This document shows positions 1 through 7,911 of a DNA stretch of 32,000 nt, piece by piece (position 1 is the stretch's first letter; every line of letters starts with the position of its first letter). Where the stretch lies: positions 1-32,000 of the forward strand of contig NZ_PQWO01000035.1 in assembly GCF_003231495.1 (NCBI RefSeq). The letters are read 5' to 3'. The DNA is from Acaryochloris thomasi RCC1774 (GTDB lineage Bacteria > Cyanobacteriota > Cyanobacteriia > Thermosynechococcales > Thermosynechococcaceae). The notes beneath the pieces are model-generated. The model was given only the letters and a program-made list of their open reading frames with translations. It had not been told where the DNA came from and made no database searches. A program made the translations under genes and the position numbers.

Positions 1-44
1 ATCTGCTCCCATTGATCATCGCGCAGAGCATATCGTCGGGGCAT
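1..44 (-). CDS. N-terminus of an IS5-family (DUF4096-type OrfA) transposase, running off the left edge of the window
   Basis: The minus-strand ATG at 42-44 is preceded by GAGGAG and translates MPRRYALRDDQWEQ. The pattern M-x-RR-Y-x-L-x-D-x-x-W-E is typical of IS427/IS1031-type IS5-family OrfA starts. Only 14 codons are visible. Confidence 0.45.
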   Translation of the reverse strand, partial: MPRRYALRDDQWEQ

Positions 45-121
45 CTCAAAGCTCCTCACAGTAGAAGAGTCTTTAAGATGAAAGATTAATGTAGATACGT
101 CAAGTTAATTGATGACACGCC
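1..121 (-). mobile_element. Probable terminal part of an insertion sequence; the inner end is approximate, just left of CTAG at 122-125
   Basis: Similarity to the SDR gene stops at about 123-125, where a CTAG (YTAR-type IS5-family target) sits. The transposase start lies about 80 nt inside this point. Confidence 0.35.
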
Positions 122-263
122 CTAGATTGCGGCAGGCCATGATTACTTTCATGCCGGTTTGGGCAAGGCCGAGGGCTGTTTCATAGCCGATGCCCGTGTT
201 TGCACCGGTTGCGATCGCAACTCGCCCCCTTTGAGATGGAACAGTATCTAGATTGAATGTCAT
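105..263 (-). pseudogene. Truncated short-chain dehydrogenase/reductase (SDR); only the N-terminal Rossmann segment remains
   Basis: MTFNLDTVPSQRGRVAIATGANTGIGYETALGLAQTGMKVIMACRNL carries the SDR TGxxxGIG cofactor motif, then reads GRVIN-stop after about 52 codons. A normal SDR is about 250-300 aa. The ORF-track start at 395 adds an unsupported 44-aa extension. Confidence 0.6.
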
Positions 264-409
264 GCTGATCAGCCAGTTAATTGAGCGTGGACTCCTACAA
301 CGTCCACGTCGCGCTAGTCCACAGAAAGGATAACTGAACACCACCTCATCTGCTGATAATGGAGAAAGCTTTACTGGCGGTTTAGCTGCCACCACGCGAG
401 GGAATAACA

Positions 410-1669
410 GTGGACAAGATTGTCATTATTGGAGCAGGTCCAGCCGGACTATTGCTGGCACACTATATTCTTCGTCGGGGACGCTACCGAGTTGAAATCT
501 ACGAACGCCGTCCCGACCCTCGTTTGGTGAAACAATCCCAGCAGCGAACGTTCCCTCTAACGCTGCAGTTGAGGGGAATGAATGCAATTCGTACGATTCC
601 TGGCCTAGAAGCGGCACTCGTCGAGAAAGGGATTTGGTCCCGAGGGGCTATGCTCCACCGTAAAACAGGCAGTCCTCGCCAGATCGAACGCAAAATGCCT
701 CTGTTGCTAACGGATCGCAACCAGTTAATTCAGGTTCTGCTGCAACAGCTTGTTGAGCGCCACAAGGAATCCGTGACGGTCACGTTTGATTGCCCTTGTA
801 TCAGTGTGGAAGAACGAGCCGTGACGCTTCAGCCTCAAGCCGGAGAAACCTTTACTGTTCCGTTTGATCAATTGGTGGGGGCTGATGGTGCCCGATCTCA
901 AGTACGCGAGGCGTTAGAGAACAAGGGGTTGCTGCATTCTCAGCAAAGCGTGGTCCCTGATGTTTATAAGTCTCTATTTGTCCCTAGGGTGAGCGAGGAT
1001 AAAACGGCTGAACTGGTGGCGGACAAGATTCATACCTGGAGTTTGGGCGATGGGATTCGCATCATTATGGCTCCCCAAGCCGATGACTGGCTGCACGGCA
1101 CGCTGATCTTTCCGCCGGATAAGAATCCGCTGGAGTCGTTGAACACCAATCAGGATGTGTTGGCTTATTTTCGAGAGAACTGTCCGCAACTGGGGCAATT
1201 GATGACGTTGGATGAGGCCGAGGCGCTGCGTCTGCGTCCGGTGTCAAAATTGATGACTGTTAGTTGCGATCGCATGCACGTCAACAACATCTTGATGATT
1301 GGTGACGCTGTTCATGCCGTCTCTGCCTCTATTGGGCAAGGCTGCAACGCATCTCTACAGGACGCACAGATATTTAACGAATGCCTAGATCGATACCAAG
1401 ACGACTGGGAGCAAGCTCTACCGGCCTTTACAGCCCAACGGCTACCCGATGTTCATGCCCTACGAGAACTATCGAACGACGGTTTTCCGCAGTCAAAACG
1501 AATGAGGCTAGAATTCATCTTCCGGATGACAGTGGGTAAAAAACTGAAGCTGCCCCTCAAGCCCCTGCCGATACAGCTAATTATGGATAGTGATTTGCCA
1601 TATTCAGAAGTCCTCAAACAGACTGAGGGCTGGAGAAAACGAGTGCAGCAGTCGATGCAAACGACCTAA
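410..1669 (+). CDS. FAD-dependent monooxygenase (kynurenine 3-monooxygenase/UbiH-like)
   Basis: N-terminal IVIIGAGPAGLLLA (GxGxxG FAD fold), GADGARSQVR (DG motif) and GDAVHAVSASIGQGCNASLQDA (GD motif). GTG start. Confidence 0.85.
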   Translation: MDKIVIIGAGPAGLLLAHYILRRGRYRVEIYERRPDPRLVKQSQQRTFPLTLQLRGMNAIRTIPGLEAALVEKGIWSRGAMLHRKTGSPRQIERKMPLLLTDRNQLIQVLLQQLVERHKESVTVTFDCPCISVEERAVTLQPQAGETFTVPFDQLVGADGARSQVREALENKGLLHSQQSVVPDVYKSLFVPRVSEDKTAELVADKIHTWSLGDGIRIIMAPQADDWLHGTLIFPPDKNPLESLNTNQDVLAYFRENCPQLGQLMTLDEAEALRLRPVSKLMTVSCDRMHVNNILMIGDAVHAVSASIGQGCNASLQDAQIFNECLDRYQDDWEQALPAFTAQRLPDVHALRELSNDGFPQSKRMRLEFIFRMTVGKKLKLPLKPLPIQLIMDSDLPYSEVLKQTEGWRKRVQQSMQTT

Positions 1670-1737
1670 GCCACGTCAGCATCTTTCGGGAGATATTGCA
1701 TAACCTTGAATAGTGCTATGTTCGTGTGTGTCGTGTG

Positions 1738-1743
1738 TATAAT
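1738..1743 (+). promoter_or_regulatory. Perfect TATAAT -10 box for hicAB
   Basis: TATAAT at 1738-1743 lies only 6 nt upstream of the hicA ATG (1750). I saw no convincing -35 at 17 nt spacing. Confidence 0.3.
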
Positions 1744-1749
1744 TAATCC

Positions 1750-1938
1750 ATGAAGAGTCGTGATATTATCGCTAGACTCAAGCAAGAAGGTTGGGTGTTG
1801 GTTAATGTCAAAGGCAGTCATCAACAGTTCAAGCACCATGAGCACAAGAACCGAGTGACGGTTCCACATCCAAAGAAGGATATACCAAAGGGAACTCTGA
1901 GAAGTATTTATAGGCAGGCTGAGTGGCCGTGGCCTTAG
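1750..1938 (+). CDS. hicA: HicA mRNA-interferase toxin (type II TA)
   Basis: 62 aa: MKSRDIIARLKQEGWVLVNVKGSHQQFKH...VTVPHPKKDIPKGTLRSIYRQA. This is the classic HicA/YcfA layout with the GSH catalytic His, followed directly by hicB. Confidence 0.85.
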   Translation: MKSRDIIARLKQEGWVLVNVKGSHQQFKHHEHKNRVTVPHPKKDIPKGTLRSIYRQAEWPWP

Positions 1939-1946
1939 AGGTAAAG

Positions 1947-2348
1947 ATGCGATATCCGATTGTTGTTCATAAAGATTCTGATAGCGATTACGGTGTAACG
2001 GTGCCAGATATTCCCGGTTGTTTCTCGGCTGGAGACACACTCGATACAGCGATTGAGAATGCTATTGAAGCAATTGAGTGTCACGTTGAAGGACTGTTAA
2101 TCGACGGTGAAGATATTCCTCAGCCTGGATTCGCAGAGGTCCATCATCAAAATCCTGATTTTGAAGGCGGGACTTGGGCGATCGCATCAGTTGATTTGTC
2201 CAAGCTTTCGGGTAAAGCCAAGCGAATCAATATCACTGTGCCTGAAAGGTTGCTGACCAAGATTGATGCTAAGGCTACTGAGCTAGGAGAAAATCGCTCT
2301 AATTTCCTGGTAACAGCAGCAATGGAATATATGAGTAAGTCTGTTTAA
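1947..2348 (+). CDS. hicB: HicB antitoxin (RNase-H-like N-domain plus C-terminal RHH DNA-binding domain)
   Basis: MRYPIVVHKDSDSDYGVTVPDIPGCFSAGDTLDTAIENAIEAIECHVEGL is a typical HicB N-domain. The C-terminal INITVPERLLTKIDAKATELGENRSNFLVTAAMEYM is RHH/CopG-like. The ATG at 1947 has GAGG upstream; the ORF-track start at 1923 overlaps hicA. Confidence 0.85.
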   Translation: MRYPIVVHKDSDSDYGVTVPDIPGCFSAGDTLDTAIENAIEAIECHVEGLLIDGEDIPQPGFAEVHHQNPDFEGGTWAIASVDLSKLSGKAKRINITVPERLLTKIDAKATELGENRSNFLVTAAMEYMSKSV

Positions 2349-2495
2349 AAAACAGATCTTAATGATGCCGAATTATGGCTTTCGTACACAGAAAAACGAT
2401 ACCAAGGTCACTTTGAATTTGGTTGAAGATCTATGAGCGAATATGATCCAGATCTGCAGCGAATAGATTATGCAAGTCAAGCCGTCTAATCGACC

Positions 2496-3182
2496 TTACT
2501 CATTAGCTTTTTTATACAAATCATAGCCCCGATAGAATCTTTTCACTCTTTTAGTAAATTGAATATCTTGGGTGGAAATTTTCAGGAGCCAAAATGAGTG
2601 CCACACAAGGAAAGAAAATACAAAGGCCATCAGGGCAATAAACACAGAAAGCACCTCTGAGTTCGGCAATTTGATTACTGCCTTAATTATGTTTGGGTCT
2701 AAAAACTTGAAAAAGTGTCTTATCCCAAGTAAACATAAAACTAGAGTCAATATAGAGAGAAAAGCAACTATATATTGTGCAGTTACAGCAGCATCTATCG
2801 ATTTTGGCTTTTCTAGCTCATGTCCTAAATCACTTTTTTTTGGATTGAATTTTATATATCCTGGTGTTTTTGAATAGATATATATTGCTTCTCCAGGGTC
2901 ATAGCAATTCATTACTAAGTTTATTATGTGGATAGGCGCTGTTCGCTGAGTTAGGGCAGTAAAAGCAAGTGAGTTTCTGAGATTTTCTACTCCCGTTGTG
3001 TTTTGATACTCTATTTCCTTGGCAAGAGTAAACTTGCTAATGTCTTTTCTGTTTTCTTTTGCACTGCCTTTTATCTGCTCAACTATGCTTTTTGTAATCT
3101 GAGCGGCAACAGCTCCAAGTATAGCTGCGATTACTCTCCAGGAATTTGAGGCTAAAATTTCTGTTAATTTTTCTATATCCAT
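2496..3182 (-). CDS. Orphan membrane protein, 228 aa: N-terminal hydrophobic helix, soluble middle, two C-terminal TM helices, basic tail
   Basis: Long ORF in a markedly AT-rich stretch. Hydrophobic segments are WRVIAAILGAVAAQI, YIVAFLSILTLVLCLLGI and VLSVFIALMAFVFSFLVWHSFWLL. I recognise no family motif. Confidence 0.55.
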   Translation of the reverse strand: MDIEKLTEILASNSWRVIAAILGAVAAQITKSIVEQIKGSAKENRKDISKFTLAKEIEYQNTTGVENLRNSLAFTALTQRTAPIHIINLVMNCYDPGEAIYIYSKTPGYIKFNPKKSDLGHELEKPKSIDAAVTAQYIVAFLSILTLVLCLLGIRHFFKFLDPNIIKAVIKLPNSEVLSVFIALMAFVFSFLVWHSFWLLKISTQDIQFTKRVKRFYRGYDLYKKANE

Positions 3183-3279
3183 TTTCGAGTTGACTATTTA
3201 CTTGATTAGGTTCAGGTTGTTGGTCACGATATATTCTCAACAACATAGGATAATGCAGTATCGCCGCAACTAACACCTC

Positions 3280-3867
3280 ATGAAATCACCCTGGAGCCTT
3301 CGAGACTACGTTTTTAGTGCCTTCATGACCATTGGCATGGTCGCCTCTATCTTTCTCGTCGGCCCCTTCGTCCCTGTCCCGTTTCTTGATCTCGTCATCT
3401 GGGCACCCTTCGGTGGCATCTTTCTCACCCTCGGGATGGCTCGATTGCAGAGGCGCGGCAGCGTCGCCCTCATGATTTTGCCCTTGGCGCTTTTGATGTT
3501 GCCGCTCTCCCCTTTGATCACGCTTTATCTGGTGCTCACTCCCTTAACGGCAGAAGCCGTTGTCTTTTTCAGAGGTAACTATCGGTCTAAGGCCAATCGA
3601 CTTCTTGGAACGGTGGTGTTTTTCATGAGCGGGGTTTTGATTGGTCTGGGCAGCATCTTTGCGGTAGCAGCTTTAGTTAATGCGGGCACAATACCCGCAG
3701 AAAACTTAGCGAAAGTACTCGAAAAATTTGCAGATTTACTGAACAAACCTTGGCTAGTGGGTGTGTTAGCGGTTGCAGCAGGAATCATGGGTTCCATTGG
3801 CTGGTGGCTGGGGGAAAAAGTGGTGCATCAACTACAGCGAGCCGGAAAGCTAGATGCCGACGCCTAG
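3280..3867 (+). CDS. Polytopic membrane protein, putative ECF-transporter S (substrate-capture) component; substrate unknown
   Basis: 195 aa with about 6 hydrophobic helices. Its stop overlaps the start of the downstream EcfT/CbiQ gene by 14 nt. Size and position fit a dedicated (group I) ECF S component such as the YkoE/HtsT type. Confidence 0.55.
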   Translation: MKSPWSLRDYVFSAFMTIGMVASIFLVGPFVPVPFLDLVIWAPFGGIFLTLGMARLQRRGSVALMILPLALLMLPLSPLITLYLVLTPLTAEAVVFFRGNYRSKANRLLGTVVFFMSGVLIGLGSIFAVAALVNAGTIPAENLAKVLEKFADLLNKPWLVGVLAVAAGIMGSIGWWLGEKVVHQLQRAGKLDADA

Positions 3868-4546
3868 ACGAGTTCGCCGAAACCTTCTGAGCCGCATTAA
3901 TCCCTTTCTGAAAATGGGCATTGGCTTTGGATTAGTCATTCTCTCGCTATTTCTTAAAAACATTGCTCCAATGCTGGTATTGGTAGGCGGGGTATTGCTG
4001 CTGATGACGCAACTCAAGCTACGCCCTTTGTTCCTGGGGTACGGCTTATTGATGGTGGCCGTGTTTACGGGCTCTACAGCTTTGCTCTTGGGCAACTGGC
4101 CGGAGGCTATCTTGAGTACGCTGCGGCTGCTAGCGATTGTGCTACCCACTCCGATCTTGGCCTTAACCACACCTCCGGCAGATCTGATTCGGTCGCTGCA
4201 GACGGTGCGTTTACCCAGCTTTTTAACCTTGAGTCTGATGCTGATCTGGCGGTTTTTCCCGTTGATGCAGCAAGAGCTGCAGCGCATTTGGGAGGCGAAC
4301 CAGTTGCGAGGGATTGATTTGAGATGGCGTCCTGGACAGTGGTTCTCGGGACTGATGGTGCCGCTGGTCTTTCAAATGGTGGTCTATGCCGATGAGGTCA
4401 CGATTGGCCTACAGACACGGGGCTATTCTCCAACAGAACCGCGCAGTAATAGTAAGCCGCTTCGCTGGCAGTGGGCCGATACGCTTTTTTGTGGAGTTGC
4501 GATCGCATATCTCAGCCTAATCACATATCTAGAGTGGGGGCGATAA
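3854..4546 (+). CDS. ECF transporter transmembrane (T) component, CbiQ/EcfT family
   Basis: 230-aa membrane protein, translationally coupled on both sides. It has the general CbiQ-like layout, with a conserved-looking cytoplasmic segment EANQLRGIDLRW before the last helices. Confidence 0.75.
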   Translation: MPTPRRVRRNLLSRINPFLKMGIGFGLVILSLFLKNIAPMLVLVGGVLLLMTQLKLRPLFLGYGLLMVAVFTGSTALLLGNWPEAILSTLRLLAIVLPTPILALTTPPADLIRSLQTVRLPSFLTLSLMLIWRFFPLMQQELQRIWEANQLRGIDLRWRPGQWFSGLMVPLVFQMVVYADEVTIGLQTRGYSPTEPRSNSKPLRWQWADTLFCGVAIAYLSLITYLEWGR

Positions 4547-4552
4547 ACGGTC

Positions 4553-5902
4553 GTGGAGAATACCTCATCCCTGCTGAAGGTTGTCGATCTAAGCTTTACG
4601 CATCTCGGCCAGACCCAGCCCACAATCCAAAACGTGAACCTGACGCTGAACCCAGGCGAGCTAGTGGTGCTGGCGGGGGGTACTGGCAGTGGTAAAAGTA
4701 CGCTGTTGAATTGTTTGACGGGGATTGCGCCGGAGCATACGGGCGGGAAGCTGTCGGGGCAGGTGTTCTGTCGGGGCGAAGAGATTACATCTTGGTCAAT
4801 TCGGATGAGATCGCAACTCATGGGCATCCTCTTACAAAACGTAGAGACCCAAATCTTTACCGATCAAGTCTGGGAGGAGCTGGTCTTCGGCCTTGAAAAC
4901 TGGAACCTTCCCCCCGGTGAAATTCAAGATCTCGCGCAATCTGCCCTGACGGAATTTGACCTAGTGCAGCAACGAGATTGGACGATTCACCAACTCTCAG
5001 CGGGACAAAAGCAGCGGTTGCTGTTAGCCTGTTTGCTCACTCGACAGCCGGATATGTTGCTGTTGGATGAACCCTTTGCCTTCTTAGATACTGCAGGGGT
5101 GCAGCTATTGCTGGAGTTGTTGAAAAAGCGGGTAGCTCAAGGACAGGCGGTGTTGTTGATCGAGCATCGCCTGGAGTTGCTGAGAGAGAGTTGCGATCGC
5201 ATCTACAAAATCGAATCTGGTCAGGTAAGTTTGCTGGCATCGCCACTGCCGGTTCCTACGCAAACAAGAGCTGAGCCTCCACCACACACTTCAAAGAAAG
5301 ACAAGCCAGTCGTTTTAAAAACCGAAAATCTGAGTTGGGGAGGCTATCCACCGTTCCCTGATTTACAGGTAATGGCTGGGGATATTGTGCTGTTGAAGGG
5401 GGAAAACGGCTGCGGCAAAACGACGTTGCTCAAGCTATTGAGTGGGCTATTGAAACCCAGCACAGGACAATTAGAGATTCTGGGGCGAGATGTGACACGG
5501 CAGAGTGTCGTAACGATTTCGCGATTGCTTGGGTTTGTATTGCAGAATCCAAATCATCAGTTGTTTGCAGAGAGTGTTGAAGCAGAGGTAACGCAGTCGA
5601 GGGTGGAGCCTGAGCAAGCGAAGCGGTTACTAAAAGCGTTGAATTTGAGTCATTGTATCCAGAAGCATCCCCATGCACTATCTCAGGGGCAGAAGCGGCG
5701 ATTGGCTCTGGGGGCAGTGTTGGTGCGAGAACCCAAGATCTGTTTATTGGACGAAATTATGGTGGGGCAAGACCCAGCTTCCCTGGGGCTGATGCTGGAA
5801 GCCCTCAAAACTTTTACAAAGAAAGGTGGAGTTCTGATTTTTACATCCCATGATCCAGGGATAGCTACTGTGCTTCAACCTCAAGTTCTTCTACTTCACT
5901 GA
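4553..5902 (+). CDS. ECF/ABC transporter ATPase with duplicated ATP-binding cassettes (fused EcfA-EcfA'/CbiO type)
   Basis: Two full cassettes. The first has Walker A GGTGSGKST, signature LSAGQKQR and Walker B LLLDEP. The second has GENGCGKTT, LSQGQKRR and CLLDE. GTG start 6 nt after the T component. Confidence 0.9.
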   Translation: MENTSSLLKVVDLSFTHLGQTQPTIQNVNLTLNPGELVVLAGGTGSGKSTLLNCLTGIAPEHTGGKLSGQVFCRGEEITSWSIRMRSQLMGILLQNVETQIFTDQVWEELVFGLENWNLPPGEIQDLAQSALTEFDLVQQRDWTIHQLSAGQKQRLLLACLLTRQPDMLLLDEPFAFLDTAGVQLLLELLKKRVAQGQAVLLIEHRLELLRESCDRIYKIESGQVSLLASPLPVPTQTRAEPPPHTSKKDKPVVLKTENLSWGGYPPFPDLQVMAGDIVLLKGENGCGKTTLLKLLSGLLKPSTGQLEILGRDVTRQSVVTISRLLGFVLQNPNHQLFAESVEAEVTQSRVEPEQAKRLLKALNLSHCIQKHPHALSQGQKRRLALGAVLVREPKICLLDEIMVGQDPASLGLMLEALKTFTKKGGVLIFTSHDPGIATVLQPQVLLLH

Positions 5903-5981
5903 TAGAACGCATAACCCTGATGAACATGCAGAGATTAGCGTCATACCCCATTAAGCTGTGTTGACGTTGTGCGTACAGCTT

Positions 5982-6041
5982 AGCTATCTTTAATTGATAG
6001 GAAACATCAAGCTTCAATATAATTCTCAATCAAAGATAGCT
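5982..6041. promoter_or_regulatory. 16-bp inverted repeat (15 of 16 positions matching) immediately upstream of the DUF1778 antitoxin gene; candidate TA operator
   Basis: AGCTATCTTTAATTGA (5982-5997) matches the reverse complement of TCAATCAAAGATAGCT (6026-6041) with one mismatch. The right arm ends 3 nt before the ATG at 6045. TTGACG at 5961-5966 could be a -35 box, which would place the -10 inside the left arm. Confidence 0.4.
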
Positions 6042-6044
6042 AGA

Positions 6045-6341
6045 ATGGCAGCCACGCACGATAGGACCACCACCAGCCAAACTTGCGACGTTAAGATCAA
6101 TATTCGGGCTAAGCAAAAGCAGCGCGATCTCATTGATCATGCTGCCAGAGTTCAAGGCAAAAGTCGCTCGGAATTTATCCTAGACTCTGCCTCTCAGAAG
6201 GCACGGGAAGTTCTCCTAGATCAATGCTGGTTTGATCGAGATCCACAGCAGTTTGAGCAATTTCTGGCCATCTTGGATGAGCCACCTGCAAAGAATGAAA
6301 AATTGCAGGCATTGCTAGCTGCAAAGACGCCGTGGGGTTAA
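6045..6341 (+). CDS. DUF1778 (TacA-like) RHH antitoxin
   Basis: INIRAKQKQRDLIDHAARVQGKSRSEFILDSASQKAREVLLDQ is the typical DUF1778 N-terminal RHH. It overlaps the downstream GNAT toxin gene by 10 nt. I prefer the ATG at 6045 over the TTG at 5994. Confidence 0.8.
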   Translation: MAATHDRTTTSQTCDVKINIRAKQKQRDLIDHAARVQGKSRSEFILDSASQKAREVLLDQCWFDRDPQQFEQFLAILDEPPAKNEKLQALLAAKTPWG

Positions 6342-6850
6342 AGCCAGATCAACCTCGACTAAATCCACCGGAGAATCTGCAGCTACATCATGATTTAGAG
6401 CGTTTCGACTCAGGCAATGAGCAGCTCAATCAGTGGTTAAAAAAGCGTGCTCTCAAGAATGAAGGAGCAGGCGCGTCCCGCACCTACGTTCTCTGCCATA
6501 AACAGCAGGTGATTGCCTACTATTCCCTTTCCAACGGTGCCGTTGCTCAAACAACAGCAACAGGAGGAGTGCGGTGCAATATGCCTGATCCAATACCCGT
6601 CATGCTGATTGGGCGACTAGCTGTCGATCAGAACTGGCAAGGTCGAGGTCTCGGCAAAGCCATGTTGCAAGATGCCATTCTACGGATTCTTCAAGCCGCA
6701 GAAATTGCTGGAATCCGAGCAATCCTGGTTCATGCAATTTCAGAAGAAGCAAAGCAGTTCTACGAACAATACGGGTTCGCTGCATCTTCTCTTGAACCAA
6801 TGACTCTAATGATCAAAGTCAGCGATGCCAAGGCTTCCTATCGCTTGTGA
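6332..6850 (+). CDS. GNAT-family acetyltransferase toxin (TacT/AtaT-like, partner of DUF1778)
   Basis: 172 aa. HDLERFDSGNEQLNQWLKKRALKNE is the typical N-terminus of this toxin class, RLAVDQNWQGRGLGKAMLQDA is the acetyl-CoA binding Q/RxxGxG/A motif, and AKQFYEQYGF follows. GTG start overlaps the antitoxin stop. Confidence 0.8.
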   Translation: MGLKPDQPRLNPPENLQLHHDLERFDSGNEQLNQWLKKRALKNEGAGASRTYVLCHKQQVIAYYSLSNGAVAQTTATGGVRCNMPDPIPVMLIGRLAVDQNWQGRGLGKAMLQDAILRILQAAEIAGIRAILVHAISEEAKQFYEQYGFAASSLEPMTLMIKVSDAKASYRL

Positions 6851-6951
6851 CGGACCAAGATATGCCCTGCAATAAAAAGCGAAACTAAAAATTCTCAGTT
6901 TCACAAGCTGTTCAGCTAATTTAGAGTTAGTGTCCACCTAGGTCAGATTGC

Positions 6952-7893
6952 GTGCAGCTTAAACAAGTCATCATTGCCTACAAAGCCGGAGATTCCTTCA
7001 GTCACAAAGCCGCCGAAAAATGTGCCCGTTACTTTGAAGCCCAAGGCTGCAAAATTTTGATGGGGCCCAGCGGCGCGAACGACAACCCCTATCCCGTCTT
7101 TCTGGCCTCCGCAACCCAGGCGATTGATCTCGCAGTCGTTTTTGGCGGTGATGGGACGGCTCTAGCAGCAGCCCGCCATCTAGCGCCGGACGGGGTGCCC
7201 ATCTTAGCCGTCAATATCGGAGGCCACCTTGGCTTTCTCACGGAACCCGCCGAGATGGTGCAAGACCTTGACCATGTTTGGGACCGCCTGACAGGGGATC
7301 GCTATGCCGTTCAGCAGCGCATGATGCTCCAGGCCAGAGTGGCAGAGCGTGACGTCGATCGACTCTCCGATCCCAGTGGACTTGAAGACGAAGGCGATCT
7401 CCCCTACCTTGCCCTCAATGAAATGTGTGTCAAGCCAGCTTCTGCTGATCGAATGATTTCCTCATTTCTAGAATTAGAAATTGACGGAGCCGTCGTTGAT
7501 CAATACCAAGGCGACGGCCTGCTTGTTGCCACACCCACCGGCTCTACCTGCTACACCGTGGCCGCCAGCGGTCCCATCGTTCACCCCGGCATGGCTGCAA
7601 TGATTGTGACGCCTATTTGCCCCCTCAGTCTTTCTAGTCGCCCCATCGTTCTGCCGCCTGGGTCCGTCGTTAGTATTTGGCCTCTGCAAGATCGAGAACT
7701 TGCGACTAAGCTGTGGATGGATGGAGTGCTCGCAACCTCTATCTGGCCGGGACAGCGCATCGATGTCTGGATGGCCCAAAAACAGGCCCGTTTTATCCTG
7801 CTACAGGAAGATTACTCCTACTACCGCACCCTGCGAGACAAGCTCAATTGGGCAGGTGCGCGAATCCATTACAATAATAATCATCGCAACTAA
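6952..7893 (+). CDS. nadK: NAD(+) kinase
   Basis: GGDGTALAAARH, the NEMCV motif and GDGLLVATPTGSTCYTVAASGPIVHP are NAD kinase signatures. GTG start. Confidence 0.9.
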   Translation: MQLKQVIIAYKAGDSFSHKAAEKCARYFEAQGCKILMGPSGANDNPYPVFLASATQAIDLAVVFGGDGTALAAARHLAPDGVPILAVNIGGHLGFLTEPAEMVQDLDHVWDRLTGDRYAVQQRMMLQARVAERDVDRLSDPSGLEDEGDLPYLALNEMCVKPASADRMISSFLELEIDGAVVDQYQGDGLLVATPTGSTCYTVAASGPIVHPGMAAMIVTPICPLSLSSRPIVLPPGSVVSIWPLQDRELATKLWMDGVLATSIWPGQRIDVWMAQKQARFILLQEDYSYYRTLRDKLNWAGARIHYNNNHRN

Positions 7894-7911
7894 TATTCAT
7901 AAGTAATAGTA

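Noticed and set aside
426-1247. Minus-strand ORFs of 60-74 aa (426-617, 499-720, 974-1198, 1065-1247) inside the FAD monooxygenase gene
   Set aside because: They are antisense to a well-supported gene, have Arg/Ser/Pro-rich low-complexity translations typical of GC-skewed antisense frames, and carry no motifs.
1666-2040. 124-aa minus-strand ORF opposite hicA/hicB
   Set aside because: It overlaps a clearly recognisable hicAB pair on the other strand, and its translation has no recognisable features.
2572-2877. 101-aa plus-strand ORF inside the AT-rich islet, and the 65-aa ORF at 3079-3276
   Set aside because: The 101-aa ORF is embedded antisense in the longer 228-aa ORF, which has coherent TM helices. 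The 65-aa ORF overlaps the 5' end of that ORF in another frame on the same strand. AT-rich DNA produces such ORFs by chance.
3850-4827. 145-aa and 134-aa minus-strand ORFs, plus short plus-strand ORFs (4471-4695, 4711-4896), across the ECF T and ATPase genes
   Set aside because: They overlap genes with unambiguous Walker/signature motifs or CbiQ-like topology, and their translations are Arg/Ser-rich nonsense.
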